DNA from: Gemmatimonadota bacterium | GTDB lineage: Bacteria > Gemmatimonadota > Gemmatimonadetes > Longimicrobiales > RSA9 | DNA: 62,673 bases | Direction of reading: 5' to 3' | NCBI GenBank assembly: GCA_040905425.1 | Contig: JBBDRO010000111.1 | Span: 4,382-67,054, forward strand | In this document: one piece after another, positions 40,901-48,872 of the stretch | How the letters are laid out: the number at the start of each line of letters is the position of its first letter | Position numbering within the stretch: the stretch's first letter is position 1 | Translations under genes and position numbers: made by a program | The notes under the pieces: model-generated | The model's database searches: none | What the model was told of the DNA's origin: nothing | The model's input: only the letters and a program-made list of their open reading frames with translations

Positions 40901-41104
40901 TCCAAGGCCGGTGCCGGCGTGACCAACGAAGTGGATCTGTATCTCCTGCAGCGTGCCGAGGCGCGCTTCGGGGACGGCAACCTGGTGTTCAGCGCCGAGG
41001 AGCAGGATGCGGCCTTCCGCTCGGCGCTGCTGCTGCGCACCGGTCCGCAGACGTTCATCGGAGCCGGGCGGCGTATGCGCCTGGGCTTCGAGATCAGTTT
41101 CTAA
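37994..41104 (+). CDS. TonB-dependent receptor with an N-terminal carboxypeptidase-regulatory-like domain
   Basis: GGAGG before ATG; signal peptide; TGKLQGRVTD...PI.GA; plug IRGGR...VYVDG...TGGFSAEYGNAQSGIIN; LSPRLGVSFPV; terminal GFEISF. Confidence 0.92.
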   Translation: MQLSLRAARPWAFLAVLLVLASPLAAQSTGKLQGRVTDEQTGQPIQGAQVVIVGTQFGNITNDEGFYFINNVPADLHDIRAQFIGYQSTTVLQERVLAGQTHTVDFQLNPSAVTIEGIEIVGESRPLVPRDQVGSKNIVTGETVDNLPVDDVNQVLVLQPGVVSSTRGISIRGGRSGEEAVYVDGVLIRNLNSGRSRLQVGTNSLSEVDVLTGGFSAEYGNAQSGIINFVTRTGGQQWAGNFSFQSDEMMPNEWSRGLNRAELSLGGPVWGDLSFFGAATAEGRRFGNEFNNRTDDYPIYVISGVDTVITMQDATAPALGQTDTRDVVVPEFVRFDEGGRRPLSQSDEFTLDGKLDYGYGQGSRVFVTSKISRNQGRTTGNFGLFNPSSYSGSKFDSRALILGWTHQFVQSAERALALDVKVARTQDEFLGGALDPAWDVDHRDSFMGFTMDGMEFLVNEDNFPVDGTLVSNFLRNEGRRTPFDQGRTDLRGSSEFRMNPYGITRGTVGTFNTAGVTPAFNYNNEKQWQIRATVDWQANRQNRVKFGGEYLDVDLAAAATNLQDQGFADVWVETPKLASLFVQDRIDLGDIVVEGGLRWDHFDPNSTFPVTAGFFDPDDPDTFEAAPTRSKLSPRLGVSFPVTVNSTFRLSYGHFVQLPDLNEYYQGKNVDFFRFRNTNTNDIFGRPLELGKTIAFEFGYRQLLAPDFVLDVSAYNRDKLADVTVRKLAWDDPTVEGQVVYLNTLTNADFGSIRGIDLRLDRRFSNIMDVMAGYSYQDAKNTGTDPFTFTNIFARQESNANQLLGLPPNPAQAIRATEENRKHNFTGNLSLHFPRDHDNAVLRNLGLFATARFASGQPYTPLADVGEDLPTCWPCGANSGVLADDEISSAVGPWSKNFDLKASKGVSLMGYSASVFLDVRNLFDFENWNAIYQHTGDIVAEDSFDRLVLSERQSVGGGVVRDEIDLEDVSKAGAGVTNEVDLYLLQRAEARFGDGNLVFSAEEQDAAFRSALLLRTGPQTFIGAGRRMRLGFEISF

Positions 41105-41120
41105 GAGGGAATCCACGGCG

Positions 41121-41148
41121 CCCGCCCCGCCGTTGTCGGCGGGGCGGG
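41121..41148 (+). terminator. Intra-operon stem-loop
   Basis: CCCGCCCCGCCG-TTGT-CGGCGGGGCGGG, perfect 12-bp stem with no U-tract. Confidence 0.55.
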
Positions 41149-41173
41149 ACGGACTCTTCGACGGAGAAACCCG

Positions 41174-44100
41174 ATGCTTTCGAGTATGGTCAAGACATTC
41201 ATGAGCGGGATACGCCGCACGGCGGCGATCACCGCGGCCGTCGCCGCTGCCGTGGCACTGGCCCTCCCGGCGAACGCGTTCGCCCAGCAGGCCATCACCA
41301 CCCAGCAGAAGGCGGCCGAACGGCGGGCCAACAGCCCGTTCAACCTGAACGCCGGACCCACGGCGGTTCTGCAGGGGAACCTGGTGCAGTGCGGTATCGA
41401 CAACCAGGGCAACATCTGCACGGATATCTTCAACTCCCCCACAGGCGGCGGCGGCTTCTGGCCGGCGGGGACCACGAACCAGTACATGTTCAACTCGGGG
41501 CTCCAGATCGCAGCCATCAACGGCACCGGCGCGGGTCCCTGGGCCAGTGACACGGTGGGTGCGTACTTCTTCGACGCCCGCGGCACCCAGCCGCACGGCA
41601 CGCCGCTCACCAACGTGTTCAACTCGCTGAACCCGGCCGACCTGGCCAACTGGCCCCAGGAAGCCCACATCAGCAATACGGACATCTTCAACCCCGCCAT
41701 CGTGGGGCAGAAGACCGCTTCGGCCCAGGACTCCTGGGTGCAGTACTGGGACGGGGATCCGAACCGCATTTCCGCCCGTGACCATCCCATGGGCGTGAAG
41801 GTGACGCAGCGTACCCTGGCGTTCAACGCGCCGGCCGGTGCGGAGCACTCGATCTTCTTCATCATCGATTTCGAGAACGTCACCAACGACCCGGACTTCC
41901 AGGTCCCGAACGAGGCCAAGTTCAGCGTGCAGTTGCCTGACGGCGGCTGGACGTTCACCAACGTGTACGCGGCCTTCGGCGCGGACCCGGACGTGACCAC
42001 GCACGCGGGGAACAACTTCTCCACGGCCATCCTGCCGTACAACCTGAGCGTGGCCTACCATTCCGAGTTCGAGACGGATGACTTCAACTACGCCGCGCGG
42101 CCGTCCCTCTACGCGCCGCCCTTCATGCAGGCGCCCGGTCTGGTGGGCGTCAGCTACCTGAAGAGCCCGATCGATCCGGCCACGGGCCGTGAGATCGGTC
42201 TCACGATGTTCACGAACACCACCAACGGCGGCTCCTTCCCCGACATGGTCGGCGTGAAGCAGCTCTTCCGTTACCTCAAGGGTGACACGCAGCCCGCCGC
42301 GGGTGACAACAGCTGCAACCAGGGCAACCCCATCCAGAACCGGGTCTGCTACCTGGCGCAGGAGCCCGCGGACACGCGCTTCTACATGGTGTCGGGCCCG
42401 TTCGACATCGAGCCGGGCCAGTCGGCCACCATCGTGGTGGGCATGAGCCACGCAACCGCGCTGAGGATTCCCGGCTACACGATCGGCAACACGCTCCGCC
42501 CGGGCATCCCCAGCCGCTTCCCCGGTGCCTTCGGCAATCCCATCCGCGACATCGAGCGGATGGCGGGGCTGGTGTCGCTGGCCGTGGAAGGTACGGGCGC
42601 GGATGCCGTAGTGGATCTGGACGCTTCGGAGGTTGTCCAGAATTCCCTCCTCTTCAACGCCGAGGTGGGCCGCGCCATTTTCGACAACCAGTTCCTGCTG
42701 CCCTCGGCGCCGGCCTCACCGCCGTTTACGCTCGTGCCGGGTGACCGCCAGGTGACGGTGCTCTGGGAGCAAACGCCCACGGAGCAGGCAGGCGACCCGT
42801 TCTTCCAGGTTGCGGACGACCCGGTTTCCCCGTTCTTCAACCCGAACTTCCGTGAGTTCGACGTGGAAGGGTACCGGATCTATCGGGCTGAAGGTCTGCA
42901 GGGGGATTTCGAGCTCCTGGCGCAGTTCGACAAGGCCGGAACCACCATCACCGACTTCACCGGCCAGCTGGATCCCGACTTCGTACCGGAGGAGGGTGAT
43001 TACGGCGCCGCGGTGGAGTACGAGCTCGAGGGTGACATCATCCAGTTCCCCGCGGGCAGCCGGATCCGTGACGCGGTGTCCGGTGCCGTGGTGGTCCTGG
43101 ACGCCGACACGGTCCACCTGGACAATACGGGCGTGCCCTTCGTCTTCGTGGACAACAACGTCAAGAACGGCATCACATACCGTTACAGCGTGACCGCCTT
43201 CGACGTGAACTCGCTGGAGTCCGGCTCCTCCTCGCTGGAGTCGCCGCGGACGCCCAAGAACGTGGTGCCGCGCTCGAGCGGTCAGGTGGTCACGGACCCG
43301 GTGACGGCGGTGGCCATGTTCGGTGACTCGGAGCTGGATCCGGACGGAGACTACCCCACGATCGACGCCTCGGGCCGGTTCTCCGGTCCGCAGCCGCCCA
43401 CCAACGGCTTCCGTGCGGGCGAGCTGGCCCTGGCGCTCGGGCAGGCCCTGAAGACCGGGCAGACCGAGGCCGCGGTGATCGACAGCGTCATTCCGCTCAC
43501 CTACTCTGTGGAGTACCACGTGACCACGGGGGACGGCTCGCGCTACGTCTTCACGACGGGCGAGCTGAATACCGTGCGCAGAGGAGCGAATTCGCATGTC
43601 GTCGGGGAGGCCATCACGGCCCTCGGCGCCGACACCGCAGCGGTAAGCGGCATCTTCGATCGCACGCCGCGCTTTGCTGGCACGCTGGCCTTCGACGTGA
43701 TCGTGGCCGGACCGCAATACCAATCGGGCATAGCGGACTTCGTCGGCGCCACCTCGGGACTCTTCTGGTTCCCGACGCCACCGCCCAACGCGGGTGACGG
43801 CGGCTCGCGCTGGTTCGTGGGTGAGAACGAGTCCGCCGCGGATCCCACGCTCGGCGTGGCGGCCGGTGTAATCCCGGGCTTCACGATCTTCACGCCGCAG
43901 CCGTTCGCCGACGCGAACGTCAACGCGCTCATGCGGCGCTTCTACCAGGGCACATTTGCGGCCGCCAGGGCCGCGGACTTCGAGGTGACCTGGTCGGGCG
44001 GCACCATCAGCGGTGTTCGGGACCTCACGCATGACCTGCCCGTGCATTTCAAGGCGCGGCCGCAGGCCAGCTGGGGCTTCATCCCCGACGCTGACGGCAA

Positions 44101-44764
44101 CGGGGTGATCAATTACTTCGACACCCGGCGGCTGGAATTCCACGATGGCTTCGGTGGGTGGCGGGTCAATCCGCCGGTACCGCTCAGCCAGAACGTGGTG
44201 GTCGCGCCCGTGGATGTCACGGGTGACGGCGCCGCCAACGGTAGCGGCTTCGGTCTCTACATCAACGGCTCGGTGTACTTTTTCCAGGGTACGCCCCCGG
44301 CGTCGGGCACCTGGAAGTACCGCTCCTACATCGGGTCGGTCACACAGGCGGATGGCGCGTACGCTTTCGAGCCCACGGACATCCGTACGCCGGCGGTGCC
44401 GGGTCTGCGGCTGGTGCTGGACGTGGAAGCTCCCTCGGCGGTGGCGGTGCGCAGTGACCTGAGTCAGGTACACACGGTGCCGGACCCCTACTACGTGCGT
44501 AGCGAGTTCGACATCGGGCCGTCCAACAAGACGCTGCGCTTCGTGAACCTGCCGCAGCAGGCGCTCATCCGGATCTTCACGGTGAACGGCACCCTGGTGC
44601 GTACGCTCGAGCACAACGACGTGCTCGGGGGCGGTGAGATCGGCTGGGACCTGCGCAACCGGAACAACCAGTTCGTCTCCTCCGGGGTGTACTTCTACGT
44701 GGTAGAGGGCGCCGGCGGAGAGACGAAGACGGGGCGGTTCACGGTCGTCCAGTTCGCGCGATAA
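41174..44764 (+). CDS. Large secreted protein with FN3-like segments and a T9SS/FlgD-Ig-like C-terminal domain
   Basis: Signal peptide ending AFA-Q; PGDRQVTVLW, EGYRIYR, FVDNNVKNGITYRYSVTAFD; CTD VHTVPDPYY...RFVNLP...IRIFTVNGTLVRTL...WDLRN...VSSGVYFYVV. Start may be 41186 or 41201. Confidence 0.8.
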   Translation: MLSSMVKTFMSGIRRTAAITAAVAAAVALALPANAFAQQAITTQQKAAERRANSPFNLNAGPTAVLQGNLVQCGIDNQGNICTDIFNSPTGGGGFWPAGTTNQYMFNSGLQIAAINGTGAGPWASDTVGAYFFDARGTQPHGTPLTNVFNSLNPADLANWPQEAHISNTDIFNPAIVGQKTASAQDSWVQYWDGDPNRISARDHPMGVKVTQRTLAFNAPAGAEHSIFFIIDFENVTNDPDFQVPNEAKFSVQLPDGGWTFTNVYAAFGADPDVTTHAGNNFSTAILPYNLSVAYHSEFETDDFNYAARPSLYAPPFMQAPGLVGVSYLKSPIDPATGREIGLTMFTNTTNGGSFPDMVGVKQLFRYLKGDTQPAAGDNSCNQGNPIQNRVCYLAQEPADTRFYMVSGPFDIEPGQSATIVVGMSHATALRIPGYTIGNTLRPGIPSRFPGAFGNPIRDIERMAGLVSLAVEGTGADAVVDLDASEVVQNSLLFNAEVGRAIFDNQFLLPSAPASPPFTLVPGDRQVTVLWEQTPTEQAGDPFFQVADDPVSPFFNPNFREFDVEGYRIYRAEGLQGDFELLAQFDKAGTTITDFTGQLDPDFVPEEGDYGAAVEYELEGDIIQFPAGSRIRDAVSGAVVVLDADTVHLDNTGVPFVFVDNNVKNGITYRYSVTAFDVNSLESGSSSLESPRTPKNVVPRSSGQVVTDPVTAVAMFGDSELDPDGDYPTIDASGRFSGPQPPTNGFRAGELALALGQALKTGQTEAAVIDSVIPLTYSVEYHVTTGDGSRYVFTTGELNTVRRGANSHVVGEAITALGADTAAVSGIFDRTPRFAGTLAFDVIVAGPQYQSGIADFVGATSGLFWFPTPPPNAGDGGSRWFVGENESAADPTLGVAAGVIPGFTIFTPQPFADANVNALMRRFYQGTFAAARAADFEVTWSGGTISGVRDLTHDLPVHFKARPQASWGFIPDADGNGVINYFDTRRLEFHDGFGGWRVNPPVPLSQNVVVAPVDVTGDGAANGSGFGLYINGSVYFFQGTPPASGTWKYRSYIGSVTQADGAYAFEPTDIRTPAVPGLRLVLDVEAPSAVAVRSDLSQVHTVPDPYYVRSEFDIGPSNKTLRFVNLPQQALIRIFTVNGTLVRTLEHNDVLGGGEIGWDLRNRNNQFVSSGVYFYVVEGAGGETKTGRFTVVQFAR

Positions 44765-44774
44765 ACGGCCAGGG

Positions 44775-44805
44775 GGCGCGGGCCCGCCGGACGCGGGTCC
44801 GCGCC
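44775..44805 (+). terminator. Intra-operon stem-loop
   Basis: GGCGCGGGCCCGC-CGGAC-GCGGGTCCGCGCC, no U-tract. Confidence 0.5.
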
Positions 44806-44833
44806 AGCCTCCACGACTGAGAGAGGATCAATC

Positions 44834-45964
44834 ATGAAGCAGATGCTCACAATCCTGGCTCTGGGCGCACTCGTTCTGCCGGGCGCCCTGGCGGCGCAGC
44901 AGGCCGAGCCGCCACGGCCACAGGATGAATACGACAACACCCGCCTGGGTGGCACGGCGGCCGCCTTCCTCACGCTGCCGGGTGACGCCCGCGGCGCCGC
45001 GCTGGGCGGTTCCTACGCCACGCTGGTGACCGACGTGTCATCCATGTTCTACAACCCGGCGGGGCTGGCGCTCGGCACGCAGAGCCAGGCCATGTTCTCC
45101 TACACGGACTACGTGGCGGGTACCCGCCACGTCACGGGAGGCATGAGCTGGTCGCTGCGGGGTGGGGAGTGGGGACTCGGCGTCTCCATCTCCAACTTCG
45201 GCTTCAGCGGTCAGCCAGTGTACACGGAGGACTTCCAGGACGGCAACGGCGAGTTGTACAACGTCAGTGAGACGGCCGTCGGACTCACGCTCTCACTTCA
45301 GCTGAGTGACAAGTTCTCCGCCGGCATCACGCCGCGCTACATCAACGACCAGCTCGGTCGCGTGACGGCCAATGGCTTCACGATCGACTTCGGGACCAGC
45401 TACCACACCGAGGTCTCGGGCCGGCCGTTCCGCGCGTCGTTCCTCATGCTCAACTACGGGACGCCGCTCTCGCACAGCGGCAACGTGTTGAACGATGAAG
45501 TGGATCCGATCGACGGCTCCATGAACGTGGAGGATCAGCCGGTGCGCGTGCGCACCAGCGAATTCGATCCGCCCACCCAGTTCCGTGTGGGCGTGGCCTA
45601 CGATGTCATGAGCTCGGCGAACAATCGCCTCACGCTGATGTCCGAGTTCAACCAGCCCAATGACAACGAGCCCGGCGTGGGCTTCGGCGCGGAGTTCTCG
45701 GCCAGCGTGGCGGAGGGCCTGACGGCGGCGCTGCGCGGCAGCTTCAGCTATCAGCCGGACAACGCCGATGGCGGCCCGGGAGCCAACTTCCGGCAGTCCG
45801 CCTTCGATTCCGATGCCGAGAGTGACGCCGATCTGGATGGGTTGGCGCTCGGTGGCGGTTTGGGCTGGGGTCTGGGCGACTGGGACATCGGCGTGGACTA
45901 CGCCTATCGTCACCTCGGCATCCTGTCCGGGGTGAACATGTTCTCCCTGAAGCTCGGCTGGTAG
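44834..45964 (+). CDS. PorV/PorQ-family (FadL-like) outer-membrane barrel
   Basis: AAAFLTLPGDARGAALG, SMFYNPAGLA, DYAYRHLGILSGVNMFSL, terminal W. Confidence 0.85.
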   Translation: MKQMLTILALGALVLPGALAAQQAEPPRPQDEYDNTRLGGTAAAFLTLPGDARGAALGGSYATLVTDVSSMFYNPAGLALGTQSQAMFSYTDYVAGTRHVTGGMSWSLRGGEWGLGVSISNFGFSGQPVYTEDFQDGNGELYNVSETAVGLTLSLQLSDKFSAGITPRYINDQLGRVTANGFTIDFGTSYHTEVSGRPFRASFLMLNYGTPLSHSGNVLNDEVDPIDGSMNVEDQPVRVRTSEFDPPTQFRVGVAYDVMSSANNRLTLMSEFNQPNDNEPGVGFGAEFSASVAEGLTAALRGSFSYQPDNADGGPGANFRQSAFDSDAESDADLDGLALGGGLGWGLGDWDIGVDYAYRHLGILSGVNMFSLKLGW

Positions 45965-45980
45965 GAGCCTCAAGGAGCCC

Positions 45981-47426
45981 ATGCGCTTGCTGAAGTACGC
46001 TCTGGTGCTTCCGGTGCTGGTGGCCCTGCCCCTGGTGGGTGGGGTCACCGGTGCACCGTCCGCTCCCTGGGATGCGTTCCAGGAGAGTGAGGACGTCCGG
46101 GTGCGGCACGCCCGCTTCTGGCGGCCGAACAGCCAGAGCACCCTGGTGGAGGTCATCGTCGGCCTGCGGGTCGGGGCCGGGGCGGTGGACGTGGCCAGTG
46201 CACCACGAGTGGAACTCGTCGTGACGGACGCCGCGGGTCAGGAAATCCATCGGACGTCCTGGGTGGACACGATCTCGGCCACCGTGCGAGAGGTGGCGCG
46301 CAGTCAGGGTAGCGTGGAGCTGGCCGAACAGCTGCGCGTGGCGCTGCTCCCCGGCACGTACGATTTCCACGTCATGATGGACACACCCGTGGGCAGGGAT
46401 TCCACCGCCACGCGGGTGGAGGCCTTCGAGGTGGGACCGTTGCTCTCGGACGTGCTCGTGAGTGGCGGAATCCGTATCCTCGATGAGGGTGAGCGCCCCA
46501 CCGGCGCGGAGCTCGTCAAGGGGGACTACGCCATCGAAGCCGGTTCGCGTGTGGTCCTCCTGCCCACGCGGTCGGAACTCTGGTACTATCTGGAGCTCTA
46601 CTCGCCAGAGGGCACCGAGCCGGTTGAGACGCAGCTCGATTTCAGGGTGGAGCCCGCCTCCGGGAGCGGGGCGAGTGTGGAACTGCAACGCCGCATCCTG
46701 CTGGCGTCACCGGGTGCGGTGGATGCCGCCAAGCTCGACCTGACGGGCATGCCGCCGGGCGAATACCGGCTGGTGGTGACCGCCACGGCCGGTGAGCGGA
46801 TGGATCGGCGTACGGTGGCCTTCACCATCGGCGCGTTCGGCACGGGTCCCGTGGTGGCGCAGGCCGGGCCGCCGCGAGGCGCGCTTACCGAGCCGCAGCT
46901 CTACGACCGGTACTTCTTACCCGGCGTGCTCGACAGCACGCAGGTGAGTCAGCTGGTGCAGGCGCTGGCGGTGGCCCCGCCCGGACCCAGCATCGACCGG
47001 AGCATGCTCGGCCTGGACACGGAGGCGCAGGGGCGCTTCCTGGCCCGCTACTTCAGCCGCCTGGACCTGGGGCCGGCCACCCCCGAGCACGAACTCTACG
47101 AGGAGTTCAGGGATCGGGTGGCCTTCGTGGAGCGGGAGTACGCCGAAAAGGACATCGGCCGGCCCGGCATCCACACCGATCGTGGGCGCATCTATCTGCG
47201 CTACGGTCCACCGGACGAGCGGTTGCTCCTGCCGGTGACACAGAACCGGGGTGTGGAAGCCTGGCGCTACACACGTAACCGGAGCCGGAAGTACGTCTTC
47301 CTGGACGAGACGGGCTTCCAGCACTACAACCTGATCTACGCCGAGGATCCCAACGAGCAGACCGTCCCGAACTGGGAGGAGCGTGTGGGGGACCGCGACG
47401 TGGTGAACGAGATAAGAAGCTTCTGA
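45981..47426 (+). CDS. GWxTD-domain protein
   Basis: Signal peptide, Ig-like segments (PGTY, MPPGEYRL), EEFRDRV...GIHTDRGRIYLRYGPPD, EAWRY. Confidence 0.8.
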   Translation: MRLLKYALVLPVLVALPLVGGVTGAPSAPWDAFQESEDVRVRHARFWRPNSQSTLVEVIVGLRVGAGAVDVASAPRVELVVTDAAGQEIHRTSWVDTISATVREVARSQGSVELAEQLRVALLPGTYDFHVMMDTPVGRDSTATRVEAFEVGPLLSDVLVSGGIRILDEGERPTGAELVKGDYAIEAGSRVVLLPTRSELWYYLELYSPEGTEPVETQLDFRVEPASGSGASVELQRRILLASPGAVDAAKLDLTGMPPGEYRLVVTATAGERMDRRTVAFTIGAFGTGPVVAQAGPPRGALTEPQLYDRYFLPGVLDSTQVSQLVQALAVAPPGPSIDRSMLGLDTEAQGRFLARYFSRLDLGPATPEHELYEEFRDRVAFVEREYAEKDIGRPGIHTDRGRIYLRYGPPDERLLLPVTQNRGVEAWRYTRNRSRKYVFLDETGFQHYNLIYAEDPNEQTVPNWEERVGDRDVVNEIRSF

Positions 47427-47522
47427 GAGGTGCGGGCAGCGGCCCGCGGCAGCAGGTGCATGGCGGCCTGACACGGAGAGGTTCGCCCCAATCCGTATCC
47501 CGTGAACATGGAGAGACAAGGG

Positions 47523-48779
47523 ATGACATTCACAAGGACCAGCTTCGCGGCCCTCGCCGTGGCGGCAGTTCTCTCGGCCGGCTGCTACGACGATCCGCTC
47601 GCCGACGGACGGGGCGAGGCCACCACGATTCAGACCAACCGGGTCGAGACGAATCTCACCGTGAACCGGCAGTTCACGGTCACGGCAAGGCTGCTGGACA
47701 ACCAGTTCACGCCGCTGCCGATGGCGCTGAGCGGCTCGGCGGGCAGCAACCTGCGCCTGGATAGCACCGTGTACGTGACCGAGCTGCGGGAGACCCGCTT
47801 CTTCGTCACGCCCACGGCCATGCTGGCCAGCGCGCCCACAACCCTCACCATCACCGGCGGCGGCCTTTCGAAGACGGTGGAAATCCTGGCCTACCCGCGG
47901 TCCATCGAATCGGATGTTCCGGCCGAGTTGCAGAGCGGAGAGACATTCTCGCCCACCGTGATCGGTTTCGACGATCTCGACGGTAGCCTCGGCTCCGTGT
48001 CCTTCACCGTGGTATCGGATGACGAGAGCGTGGTGGAGGTCGGTGAGGACGGCACGCTCATCGCCAAGGGCGTGGGGCTGGCCAACCTGACGTTCACCGG
48101 ACCGGGCGGTGGCATCCATCAGGAGGTCATCGTGAACGTGGTGCCGGGCACCTTCGGCGGCGGTGCAGCCGCAACGACCTATCTGGGCATGCAGGCCCTC
48201 CGCATCACGCCGGGCACCGTAGCTTTCGACGACGACACGGATGTGACGTTCCCTGGCACGGAAGGCGATGTCTACGTGGTGTCCCAGTCCGCAAATGAGA
48301 TCGTTGCGGTCGTGCCGTTCGGCACGCCCGCCGGTACGGTCAGCTTCATCGTTCACGGGGTGGGCGAATCGCAGCTGGCGCTCGCGGGCACAGGCACGAT
48401 CCCGTCCGCGGCCGTAGATCCGTGGGAGCCGGCGAACAATGGGCTCTTCGCCGGTGCTACCGTCACGAACTCCGGAGTGCTCGTGGGGCAGGTGGGGCCG
48501 AGCGACCTGGACGATTTCTTCCTGGTCGAGATCACGGAGCCGGGCGTCTATGACGTCACCCTGGAGTGGGGTGATGGGGCGGACATCGACATGTTCATCA
48601 TCGACCCGAACAATATTGCCCTGTGCAGCGGAGACATCCTCGGCTGCGGCATGGCCACCGCAGCCCAACCAGAGGTGGGTGATGGCGAGTTCGCGGTTGA
48701 GACGTACCTCGGTTACGTGAACCTGTACGCGGCCGATGGCACCACGGACTACCGCGTGACGATCACCAAGCGAGACTAG
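47523..48779 (+). CDS. Surface lipoprotein with Ig-like (Big_2/IPT) and PPC-like domains
   Basis: Lipobox SAGC; SDDESVVEVGEDGTLIAKGVG (Big_2-like); VVSQSANEIVAVVP (IPT-like); DPWEP.N...DDFF...ADIDMF (PPC-like). Confidence 0.72.
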   Translation: MTFTRTSFAALAVAAVLSAGCYDDPLADGRGEATTIQTNRVETNLTVNRQFTVTARLLDNQFTPLPMALSGSAGSNLRLDSTVYVTELRETRFFVTPTAMLASAPTTLTITGGGLSKTVEILAYPRSIESDVPAELQSGETFSPTVIGFDDLDGSLGSVSFTVVSDDESVVEVGEDGTLIAKGVGLANLTFTGPGGGIHQEVIVNVVPGTFGGGAAATTYLGMQALRITPGTVAFDDDTDVTFPGTEGDVYVVSQSANEIVAVVPFGTPAGTVSFIVHGVGESQLALAGTGTIPSAAVDPWEPANNGLFAGATVTNSGVLVGQVGPSDLDDFFLVEITEPGVYDVTLEWGDGADIDMFIIDPNNIALCSGDILGCGMATAAQPEVGDGEFAVETYLGYVNLYAADGTTDYRVTITKRD

Positions 48780-48816
48780 TAGTCGGCGCGCAGACAGCAA
48801 TCGAAGTGCGGACGAA

Positions 48817-48849
48817 CGAGGGCCGCGAAGCGTTGCTTCGCGGCCCTCG
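48817..48849. terminator. Hairpin between convergent genes (probable bidirectional terminator)
   Basis: CGAGGGCCGCGAAGC-GTT-GCTTCGCGGCCCTCG, perfect 15-bp stem. Confidence 0.75.
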
Positions 48850-48872
48850 GCGCATGCGGGAGCAGTGCTGGT

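Noticed and set aside
39182..42451. 1089-aa antisense ORF, and many other long overlapping ORFs in the track (e.g. 28492-31071, 30753-33008, 35499-37694, 42716-44614)
   Set aside because: Shadow frames of well-supported genes; high GC and codon bias suppress stops; no recognisable motifs.
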